Part shown: positions 7,434-19,366 of the stretch, piece by piece
How positions within the stretch are numbered: position 1 is the stretch's first letter
How the letters are laid out: every line of letters begins with the position of its first letter
Source of the DNA: Spirogloea muscicola
Taxonomy: Eukaryota
DNA length: 19,366 nt
NCBI GenBank assembly: GCA_009602725.1
Contig: WELB01000013.1
Location: forward strand, 721,432 to 740,797
Direction of reading: 5' to 3'
Translations under genes and position numbers: made by a program
Notes under the pieces: generated by a model
Databases searched by the model: none
What the model was told of the DNA's origin: nothing
What the model saw: the letters and a program-made list of their open reading frames with translations, nothing else

Positions 7434-10400
7434 AGCCTGGCCATAGAACCCTGGCGCTGATGCTCGGGACGCTCCCCTGGCTCGGGGGCCCGCCCGGGAA
7501 CCAGGTGTCGCGGCGGTTCGCGTTCGAGGAGATCGACTTCCCCGTGCTGGAGTCCGAGGAGCTCTACGTGCGCAAGGCCGGCGAGGAGATCACACAGCAG
7601 GTGCGAGAACCGCTTGACATGGCGGTAGCAACACTGTGCTGGTGCTCGCAATGCGAGGAGCGAGCTTGACCTTGCCGACATTCTCCATCCTGCCTGCTAC
7701 TACTGCAACCTCTGGCGTGGCAAGCGGCCGGCCTGACCTTCAGTCAGTGGAGGATGCCACTAATCCAGTGCTTGCCTGCTGCAAGCATGCGTAGCTCTAC
7801 AACTTTGAGGACAAGGGCGGCCGCCGCGTGGCGCTGCGCCCCGAGCTCACGCCCTCACTCGCCCGCCTCGTCCTTCAGAAAGGGTGAGCCCTTGCAGCAG
7901 GCCAGTGACGATCAGCCAATTCAGGGCCTGGGCCTAGCCCTTTGTATCTCTAAACCCCCCAGCACATCATCCAATGATTTTAAGCGCAACATCCACGGCT
8001 TGCATGCTGAGATGGTCGTGGATACCCACCCGGATGCCTTGATCTTGGAAACACAAATATATCGTGATTCAGAGGCATCCAGTTGTGGGAGGCTTAAACC
8101 CTTAGGTAACTCAGAAGCCTGGTTTGTATGCGTCCGGGGCTCGACCAGTCATTTCTAGGAGCTACAGCATTGCTACATCTCAAAAGCTTCAATAGCAGGG
8201 GTTTCATATTAGCTACCACCATACCTGGGGGGTAGGAAATCAGGTACACCAAAATGAAATTCCCGTACCTCAACTGTCGTCAAGGACCTCCACATGCCTT
8301 GACCTTGACACTATCTTGGTGGTGGTGGCGGCTTCGTCGACCATGTCATTGCAGATCGTGTCTGCATTTGCACCCTTATGCCGGCCTTATTCTTGCCCTG
8401 CCACACCCTGCGCCGCCTCTGCTGCAGCAAGGCCCTTTCGCTCCCATTGAAGTGGTTTGCAATTGGGCAGTGCTGGCGATATGAGCGAATGACGCGCGGG
8501 CGGCGGCGTGAGCACTACCAGTGGAACATGGACATTATGGGCGTTTCCGGGATTGAGGTGCTCAATGCTCACCAGTCCAGTCATATTTCGTGGGCGAAGC
8601 TGGACTGTGCTTGCCTTCAAGTGGCAAGACGAGGCATAGCAGAGGCACCTAAGTCAGCCTTGGCTGATAAAGTTGCACTCGATGCTCTGTGGGCGCACAC
8701 AGGCAGAGGCTGAGCTTTTGGCCGCAATAGTCACATTTTTCTCAGAGCTTGGCCTCAGCAGCAAGGACGTCGGCATTCGAGTTTCCAATCGGAAGGTATG
8801 AGCTAGCTTTCTTCACAGGCTTTTGAGGAGCCTGCATGTGCTGTATATACAAACTCCCCAGCTGTTGTCTTCCTTTTGCAGGTGCTGCAAGCCGTGCTGG
8901 CTCAGTACAAGATTCCAGATGATTGTTTTGCACCAGTGTGTGTCATCGTGGATAAGGTGAACCGACTTAAACCTTTGTCAAGTTTGAGGCATGGATCTAT
9001 GCAATCATGAGTTTTACTACACTGTGACCAATGATCTTCCAGTCTGCAGCAGTAAGTCATGTTGCTATTAAGGGCCTCAGCATTAACAACGTGGGGCCAC
9101 TGCATTGCCATGCAACGGGGAGTTGCAGATTGAGAAGATCCCAAGAAGTGAAGTCGAGTCTGAGCTGGGCAAGCTGGGGGTGCCATCCGAAGCGGTGGAA
9201 GGGATCCTCAACACGCTGACCCTCCGCAACCTGGATCAGCTCCAAGGTCTATCTCACTCGGGGATCTCAAAGATGCACGTCTCGCCGCACTTCAGCCATC
9301 TTATGCCAGCCGCCAGTGCGCTTTACGTGCTATCACACTGTTGGATCTGGTCGCCCTTCGTGAAATTTGAGGCCACCAGAGCGCTGGTCTCTGATGTGGG
9401 GCCAATGCTCCAGTGGTGAAGGACGACAATAGAACAAGTTGTTCACTTTGTCGCTTTGCTATGAAGCAGCTGCCCTTTGCCCTGGATCCGTTTGCTTATG
9501 AGCAGATTTTTGGCAGACCTTGACAGCCATTGATCTTCTGAGCCTTCTACAGATGCTGTCCTATGCAGACATCCTGGAGCCGACAACTCCAGCAGTGGCG
9601 GAGTTACAGCACCTCTTCCAGCTTGCTGCTGCCTACAATTACGAGGACTGGCTTGTCTTCGACGCCTCTGTCGTGCGAGGCCTGGCTTACTACACTGGCA
9701 CTGTGTTTGAGGTGAGCTTCGTCTCACATTCCAGACCAACAGGCTTCGATTTCAGCGAATGAGCTTGGCTTGAAGTCATGGTCACTTGACTCAGCCATGT
9801 GGTCTGCTGACAGGCCTTTGATCGAGAAGGCAAGCTCAGAGCAATTTGCGGGGGCGGGAGGTATGATCAGCTACTGTCCACATTTGGGGGCGTCGACATG
9901 CCTGCTTGCGGATTTGGCTTCGGCGACGCTGTTATCGTGGAGGTATTTGGGCCAGTGTGCAGTGACACGTCATCTGCCTTTCTTTGGGTCATATTTGAGA
10001 ATATAGAGAACACAAAAGACAAAGAGTTGAATGCTTGAACGCAGTTATCTCGAAACACCACAAAGCTGTTTGCATTGGCCTCCTGGTGACACCATCGCAC
10101 TGAGAAGCTACTCTCAACTGGGCAGTTACTCAAGGAGCGGGGATTGCTGCCGAGCCTGGCGCCAGACGTCGATGATATTGTGCTGGTGCTGGATGATCAC
10201 CTGAGGCCCCAGGGGACTGCCATTGCTGCCCGCCTCCGCGCGCAATGCCGCGCTGTGGACTTGATTCTTGAGGACAAGCGTCCCAAGTGGTACGTAACAG
10301 GGCCAGGCTGGGCCTCACACCTGGTTGCAAGTTGTGTGATCACAAGGAACTACTTGGTCCTCAGCTGGGGGCTGAAATTTCTGGTCATTGCGCACAGTCA

Positions 10401-10782
10401 GCTTATGTTGCCACCGCTATTACATGCCATGCTCCACAATTGCACAAGTCAATCCTGTACAACTTGGCGAAGGCAGTTTGGTAAGGAGCTCTCCCAGGAA
10501 CCATCTCAACCAGCTGTGGTAAGTGGTATGGAGTCTCCAGGGAGGGCAGTCAGAGCTGCTGTTTGACATGTCAAGCTCGTGTGATCCAATAGCAGTTGAC
10601 AGTCCACACTGAAGAGTTTACTCTAAAATTTATGCAGGGCATTTAAGCTGGCTGAACGCAACAGAGCCAAGAGGCTTGTAATTGTCGGTGGAACGGAGTG
10701 GAAAGATGGCCTGATAAAGGTCAAGGACCTTAGTACTCGGGAGGAGGTCAGCGTCTCAGTCGACACGCTTCTCGGAAAGTGA
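7149..10782 (+). CDS. HRS1: Histidine--tRNA ligase, chloroplast/mitochondrial type; exons 7149-7394 (contains N gap), 7505-7600, 7795-7883, 8428-8557, 8703-8795, 8882-8956, 9129-9246, 9569-9711, 9814-9942, 10126-10289, 10638-10782
   Basis: Motifs are [41 protein letters not shown], motif 2 [47 protein letters not shown] and a C-terminal anticodon-binding domain. All ten introns are GT-AG and phase-consistent. The start codon is less certain because of the gap at 7195-7244. Confidence 0.93.
7398..7430. repeat. (CCG)11 microsatellite at the 5' end of HisRS intron 1
   Basis: A perfect CCG run begins just after the GT donor at 7395. Confidence 0.9.
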
Positions 10783-11399
10783 ACTGGCCAATTCGTACTG
10801 CCACCATCATTTGGCCCCGTCTTAAACCTGTGCCCTTCATTGGTCAGAGCCTGGAAGCCAGCTCTGCAAATCTGCCTCAGTCAGATCCTTGAATCAGTTG
10901 TCAGCGTCCTGGCTTAGACATGAATTGACTTAATTAGCTAATAGCCTTTGACGTGTGCTGGTATTTGCACCTGCCAGTAACAGCCCATGTTGTTAGGGGT
11001 GTGTCAGGGAGCCAGCTTCTGTTGGGCAGCTTGCAGTGGGTCATCTTTGCAGGACAAGCTAAGGCATGGCCGATTTGAAGTCAAAGGTGTGGTCGTGTTT
11101 GGCCTGCCATGACTGGTGGAGGTATTGTCAAGCCACCTTGACTAAAGGCCCTGCTTCTTGGAAGCTGCTCAACAGCAACTACACAAATAGATATGCACCC
11201 TATCACCACCAGCAAGACGACAATTTCACAGGGGCTGGCATGTTGTGTAATATTAATAATGGGATGGGTCTGTAGAGAACGTGAACAAGAAGCAGACAAA
11301 GCAGACTGACAGCATAGAAGAAGCCGAGTCTGAGGGAGGGGTGTTCGGCTGCTGTGAAAGAGCGGGATGCCCAGCCTCGCAGAAAGTCATCAGACTATG

Positions 11400-13188
<1,789 letters not shown>

Positions 13189-16100
13189 CGCTGGCGCTCG
13201 CGCCGAGCGCGGCGGGCGCCGCCGAGGCCCGGGAGCTCGCGGCGCTGGTCTCCTTCCTGGCGCAGGTCGCGCCGTGCTACCCCGCCGAGCTCGCCGCCTT
13301 CCCCGGCGACGTCGCCGCGCTGCTGGACCAGCACGCCGCCGCCCTGGATGGCCTCCTGCGCCGCCACCTCGCGCAGGCCCTCATCCTCCTCCGCAACCGC
13401 CAGGCCCGCATCTCCGCCCTAAGCCCTAAACTCCAGCGCCGCAAACAGTAATTCTAGCTTGTGGCTCCGCTAATATAGTCATTAACACCCTCTGTATGCA
13501 CCTGGCCGGCTTTAACAGCTGCTCATCTATATCAGCAGCCGCATCCTCTCGTTCTAATCCAAGCCCTAAGCCCTAAACCCCTCGCTCAAGCCATCACCGC
13601 CGTCATCTGCGCCGCTCTTCCTGGCCCATCGCTCCGCTTCTGCGCTGCCGCTCGAGCGCGGCGCCGGTGGGCTGACGGTGGCAGCGGCAGCGGCGGCGGC
13701 GGCAGATAGTGGGGCCCGCGGAGCTGCTGCCGCTCTTCTTCCGGCTCTTTCGGTGCCCCGACAAGCAGCTGCGGCGCCTGCTCTTCTCGCACGTCGTGCA
13801 CGACATCCGGCGCACCAACGCCAAGCACCGCGATGCCCGCCTCAACCGCACCCTCCAGAACTTCCTCTACGGCCTCGTCCAGGTCGGCGAGCTTCTCTTA
13901 CTGTCTCGACTCCCCGGACCTCCTCCTCCTGACGCTGTCCCAGTCCCTTTCAGATGCCTGCTTGAGTGGCTAGTCTGTCCAACGTCTTATGGTCTGTACG
14001 TGGGCCATCACTGGTCACGCTCTGCATCTTCTTGAAAATCAGGTCCCTCAGTGCAACCAGTCGAACTTGCTAGTCCCTTCCTTCAGTTTCCACTCTCAGA
14101 GATGGTCTTAAGGCCAGGAGCAAGGTCTTGATAGAAGCGGGGCGCATTGATCTGGAGTGCGATGAATGCCTCCGCCTGCACCGTGCCTTTCACGCCGTGG
14201 ACAACCTGCACCTGCTGCTCAAGTTTGCCACTGTTCTAGCAGGAGGACAATGAGACGGCGGTGAAGAAGTCCCTGGCTGTCATCATTGAGCTGTACAGGC
14301 GGCAGGTGTGGACGGATGCCAAGACCGTCAATGTTATCTGCACCGCGTGCTTCCACAAATCCACGAGGTCTGCAGATCCTTGCAGCGGCTGCAGGAACGG
14401 TGTGCAGGGATGGCGCAACCATGGCGGAAAAAGTAGACACATGCTCGTCAAGAGTTTGACCTGGGCAGGTCTCGTTTACTTATGATTGGCTCTCCCAAGT
14501 GAAGTCCTGCCTTGATGACGCCTGCTGCCTCAGAATCATGGTCGCCGCTCTTAAGTTCTTCCTCACGGTGGACACTGCTGACGAGGAAGGGTCCGATGAC
14601 GAAGACGAAGGCGACGATGAGGGCCCGAGCCAGAACAACGCCGTCGCGCTTGACAGAGGAGATGTTTACAAGGTGAGGGGCAAAATGAGGGAAAATGAGC
14701 TACATTTTAGTCTTCATCCGGTACTAACTGTCCTCAACCTTTCAGATACATGGGGCGCTTCACATTCTGAAAACTGAGGGCACAAGATATTCAGCACGGG
14801 CATCTGATGGAAAGCGGGTGTTTAGTGTGAATGTTAAGCTTTAATCTAGGCTTACAAGCGTTGTCTTTTAGAGGCATTGTAGATAATCTGGTCAGGGGGT
14901 CACGTACATAGGCCTGGGATGCTTGACGATCTTGTCCTGAGTCAGAAAGGCACAAGCTGGTGCAGGCGTTCCACAAGGGCACCACCAGCAGCAAGAAGAA
15001 GAAGCAGGCAAAGCTGCGGCGCGTGATGGCAGGCCTCAAAAAGCAGCAGCGGCGGGTGAGCAAGGGCGGGTACAACGCCCCCAGCTTCGCCGCGCTGCAG
15101 CTGCTCCAGGATCCGCAGGTGAGCACACAGGTCACTATACTGGCAAATGAGTGCAACTGAAGACTATTCTGGCACTAGCACATACTCATATGGCACACAG
15201 CACAATAAAAGCATGGGTGGCAACTGCTGCTTCCACATTACAGGGGTTTGCGGAGAAGCTCTTTGCCCGCTTGAAGGCATGCAACGAGCGATTTGAGGTT
15301 AGCAGACTGCTGGCTCTTTGCTTATAGCATGGAGCTAGTTGTTATGTGTCTCCCTTAGGCATCGTAATTGTCTCTGCAGTCTCCTCTAGCGGCCTCAGGC
15401 CTTTGGAAAGCTGCTGAGAAGAGCTTTGTGACTGCTGCGACACCCACGGTATTGCTGGGCACTCTGGTACATGGTGCAGGTGAAGCTGATGCTGATGAAC
15501 GTAATTTCGCGCATCATTGGGACCCACAAGCTCATCCTCCTCAACTTCTACCCCTTTCTACAGCGCTATGTTCAGGTACTTAAGTCTCTGCCCCCCGGAA
15601 ATGTTGCAGCCCCTGAGATCTGTGCCCACTTCGTGCACCGCGATGTGACATGAGGGTGAAGTTTATGTCTACTGTCACACTCGACGTCGTGGCTGCTGAT
15701 TTGCCTTCTCGCCCTTCTAGCTGATGTGCTACTGTTGCGTTCTGCAGCCCCACCAAAGGGACGTCACCCATCTCCTCGCGGCGCTTGTGCAGGCCTGCCA
15801 CGACCTGGTGAGCGCCCTACTCTTATAGCCACTTCTTGTGTAGCGCTGCACTGTTAAGGAAGAGGGGATATTAGGCACAGTCCAAACCCCGGGCGATGTG
15901 AGCACCTGAGCAGGCCGCCCCAGCGACTGTGCCAGAGACACGATGCTTCGTGTTGCGGGCTGTGTGCACACTGCCATGCAGTCTGTGTCTATATAGGCAT
16001 CTACATAGCAGACAAAACGCAAGCTCGATGCGATCTGTACACAGCAAGACTAGCTGCAGGTGGTCATGTCTGCCTAGCAACAAAGTCACTGGGCTGAAAT

Positions 16101-18593
16101 TATTGTAAGTGAAACGCCGCTTGAGTTTGTGCAACATCCGAGATTGGTTCAGGTGCCACCTGAAAATGTGGATCCTGTGCTTCGGCAACTGGTCAACCAA
16201 TTCGTCCACGACCGGGCAAGGCCAGAGGTGCTCAATGCCATCATGACCTGCTCGATTCTGGACGGTCAATCTGTGAATCGCCCTTTGTGGTATCTCCATA
16301 GAAATTGCGGAGTCTACAGTTTTTATAGAGAGCTTGTGGCAGTACTCCGCGGACTTGAGCTGATAGATCCACATGATGTCTCCTCCTTGCAGGTGATGGC
16401 TGTCGGCATCAACACTGTGAGGGAGATTTGCATGAGGATGCCCCTGGTACGTCTATACTGTAAATTGCTTATCCTCTGCACTTGATTGTCGTTGATTGGG
16501 CACATTCCACTTGGCCACTGAAATGTGCAAATCATCTAACGTTGACTTGTCCACCTAATGATTATCAATTCTCTTTAACTAGCGATCAAGGGTGTTCAAG
16601 CTACCCTGCCACTGATGCGTGATGCTGCTGGCTTGGTGTAGGTCATGACCCAGGATCTTCTCCGTGACCTGGCGCTGTACAAAAAGAGCAAGGACAAGGC
16701 AACAAACTCGGCAGCCCGGTCCATCATCGCGCTCTTTCGGGAGGTGGAAATCATGATGCCTCTGTTCCATATCAGTTGTCAAACCATGAAATACTTAGAG
16801 AAGCAAAGTTGCTGGTTCTGGTGTTTATTCAAAGCCTTGCAGATTGAAGAATTAGTTTCTTAATCCATGGATGGACCTTGTCGTGATGCTGTCTGTGCCT
16901 CTCAGCTCGCTCCAGCTCTGCTGGAGAAGAAGGACCGCGGGCGTGGGGCAGACACGTCCGTCCAGCCCAAGGCGTACGGTGAGACCGATGTGGCGACCGG
17001 CATACCTGGACTTGAGCTTCTGCAGCAGAATGAAGGAGGCTCTGATGACAGCAGCGGCAACGACAATGGGTCCATTGAGATGGACGATGGGCAATCTGAC
17101 ACTTCAGCCGCAATTCTGGAAAGCTTTGGTGCCGGTGACAGCGACAGTGAGGCGGCGCCAAGGCAAGGCGATGATGTCGACGAGGATGTTATCCATGATG
17201 ATGCGACGGAGGCTGACGAGGCAGAGACCTCAAGTGTGAATTCTGAGGACGTGTTGGACATGGAGGACGTCGAGAGCGACGACGGCGGAGGCCAGGCTGA
17301 GGACTCTGAACAGGACGAAGACAGGAGGGCTACAAGCCTGCAGCCAACCGGCACCTCCAACGGTAGGGAGGCAGCCACGAAGACTACACGCGCTCGCTCA
17401 AAGCGTGCGCATGAGGAAGAGGAAGAGGGCGACCCAGGTTTGGCTCTATCTGCTGGTACGAGCTTGCGGGCGCTCAAGCGACTCGCATTGGCGCGCGAGG
17501 CCGGTTTTTTAGAGGAGGAGCCAAATCCCGAGAGCGACAATGGGTTCCTCTCGAATGAGGATTTCCTGCAGATACGCCGGCTGCAGGTGCTTTGACACTG
17601 GTCAATAGACCTTCGTGTCGCTACCTCATGGTGGTCTTCTTGCACACGTCTCCTTGTGTCATTCTCAGGCTTGCAAGCCACACACTCTTAGCAGCAGAGC
17701 TTGCATACTGAGGAAATTTGTTGATGAACATCAAGCCTGGATTTTGTTTCTTCTCTTTCTGCTAGGCAAAGAAGGCTATGCAGGACTCTCTGGAGAAGCA
17801 CGGCTTGCACAAGTCAGGTAGCAAGAAGGGAGAGCCCATGAAGCCAGTGCTTCGGGAGCTCTCAAGCTTGCACGAAAAGCGCATGGACCCCATGGAGCTA
17901 CAGGTAGGGCCTCCTGCACGTTTCCCAAAGTGCCTTGGCTCTTGAACCCTTATCTCATATTCTCGCACATTATCTGGCTAGCATGAGGTAGAAGTGACAG
18001 TGTCGTGTCAGGTCTCTGAAGATGCTGTCGGCGTTGCTTGTTTAGTGCAGTAGCGGTGGCTTGTTAAGTGCCACTGTCACTGGGATTGCCACCTGTCAGG
18101 TTGCTGTGAGGAGCCGGAAGAGCAAGGAGGAGCGCCTGGCATCCGTTGTTGCTGGACGGGAGGGGCGCGAGAAGTATGGTGCCAAGGCCGCCCTCAAAGA
18201 GAAGAAGGTGAGCAGGGGCGCATCAGCTGCCCCTGCATGTGCGCATGTGCAGCAGTTACTGCTGCACATGCAATCAAAGCATTTATCTATTGGCAGACAT
18301 TATTAGAGATCCCCGACTGTAGGGTCTAGGGAGCAGCAGTTCTGACTCTCGACGATATTTGTAAGTCATCACTGGCTTCATTGCAAGTTCTCAGGCGGCG
18401 ACGTCTCTTTCTTGCTTTTTGCCGTGGTATGCAGTCGGGAGGCCTGTCAAACCAGGAGAAGCAGAAGCGGAAGCAGCGGGCGATGCCGCTGGCGGCCCAG
18501 CGGCAGAAGCTGAAGCAGCGCCTGACGTCACGCAAGCCCGGCAAGCGCGCCTCGCTCAAGGCCTTCAAAGGCAAGAAGGCCTGGAAGACATGA
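13189..18593 (+). CDS. SDA1: Protein SDA1 homolog (60S biogenesis), 5' partial; exons <13189-13403, 13706-13882, 14240(or 14243)-14367, 14534-14672, 14966-15118, 15244-15297, 15480-15575, 15748-15807, 16153-16227, 16393-16446, 16642-16743, 16906-17586, 17766-17903, 18100-18207, 18435-18593
   Basis: Motifs are [120 protein letters not shown], an acidic region, [23 protein letters not shown] and GLSNQEK. All exons join in frame to TGA at 18591-18593. Confidence 0.93.
13416..13578 (+). mobile_element. Intronic copy of the retroelement ~100-nt tail flanked by a 16-bp telomere-like direct repeat
   Basis: 13454-13544 aligns with ~5787-5866 (CTAGC.TGTGGCTCCG..AACACC..CTGTATGCA.CTGGC.GGCTTT.ACAGC.GCTC..ATATCAGCAGCCGCAT). 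GCCCTAAGCCCTAAAC occurs at 13416-13431 and 13563-13578. Confidence 0.75.
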
Positions 18594-19314
18594 GAGCGCC
18601 AAGCACATGCCAGGGTGACAAGGCCTCCTTGCGGGTTACCGTCCTTCTGGACGGCCCCTCTGTACATGACCTCCTGCCATATGGCAGCATTCAGGAAGAA
18701 AAATCAAGTTTTCTCATGTCCTGTCTATCAATGATACTGTACTTGCTGTAGTTGGAAAAGCATTTGCCCACATCATAAGGAGTGGAGCAGTAAGTGGCAG
18801 CTTGTGCTGCTGCGGAGTTGCATGAGTGCACGGCCCCGCTGTAGTGATGTCCAGGAATCGCAGAGGCAAACGATGGTTCCTCCATCGGCCTGTGGCTCAA
18901 GTCTTTGGGCCCCCAAGACTCCCGCTGTGGTAGCTCGTCCTGCATGTCTCTACGTGCCCTCAAGCACATCCGTGGTGTCCGAAGGTATCCTTATCAGGCG
19001 TGGCTTACACTGCTGGCCCTGGCCGCCCTTGCATCGAGGTCAGCGCTGCCGTCGTGCGGGCCACTGCCGTTGTGTTGGGCCACTGGCAGTAGAGCACCAC
19101 GACACGCCCGATCCGGCCACGCACGACAGAGAAGAGGCAGTGACGGATGCCAGCGCCGACTGCCAGCGGGAAGGGGCCATGGCAGCGGCGTTGAGACGGC
19201 CGCCGCGAACGGTCCAAGTGCTGCACGAGTCATGCTCCAGGTGTGGCGCAAGTTGTGCGAGCAGCGGTCGTGGAAGCCTTCACGGCTGGCGCGGCTCCGC
19301 TCGCGAGTACGTGG

Positions 19315-19366
19315 GCGGCGGCGGCGCCGGCGGCGGCGACGGAGCTGCGGCGGCGGCGGCGGCGGC
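19315..19366. repeat. Imperfect (GGC)n tract running off the window end
   Basis: GGCGGCGGCGGC runs like those at the GC-rich 5' ends of the other genes and beside the gaps. Confidence 0.7.

Noticed and set aside
16902..17681. 259-aa Ser-rich minus-strand ORF
   Set aside because: It is the antisense shadow of the acidic SDA1 exon 16906-17586.
18691..19366. Possible gene at the window end
   Set aside because: The sequence is GC-rich and gene-like, but no frame gives a recognisable protein. Sequence beyond the window is needed.

Overview
A GC-rich, intron-rich eukaryotic nuclear window, probably from a streptophyte green alga (inferred from plant-type organellar HisRS, RRA arabinosyltransferase and CCCTAAA-like repeats). 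It holds four host genes: a 3-exon CPFA-type (omega/lambda-like) glutathione transferase (463-1712 +), an 11-exon organellar histidyl-tRNA synthetase (7149-10782 +), a GT77 RRA-type arabinosyltransferase (11400-12384 -, 5' end lost in a gap) and an SDA1 ribosome-biogenesis gene with 15 visible exons (13189-18593 +, 5' end in the gap). Between GST and HisRS is a nested transposon cluster (about 2213-7000). Its core is a 5'-truncated, frameshifted CRE-like non-LTR retrotransposon (RT + CCHC + restriction-like endonuclease, minus strand) whose central RT segment (4718-4990) is cleanly inverted. It is accompanied by about six stacked copies of its own 3' end, one inverted, and by two PIF/Harbinger-type MITEs. 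The same family left fragments upstream of GST and in the first visible SDA1 intron, where a 16-bp telomere-like direct repeat flanks it. There are two N gaps (7195-7244, 12508-13188). All calls were made by eye; no searches were run.
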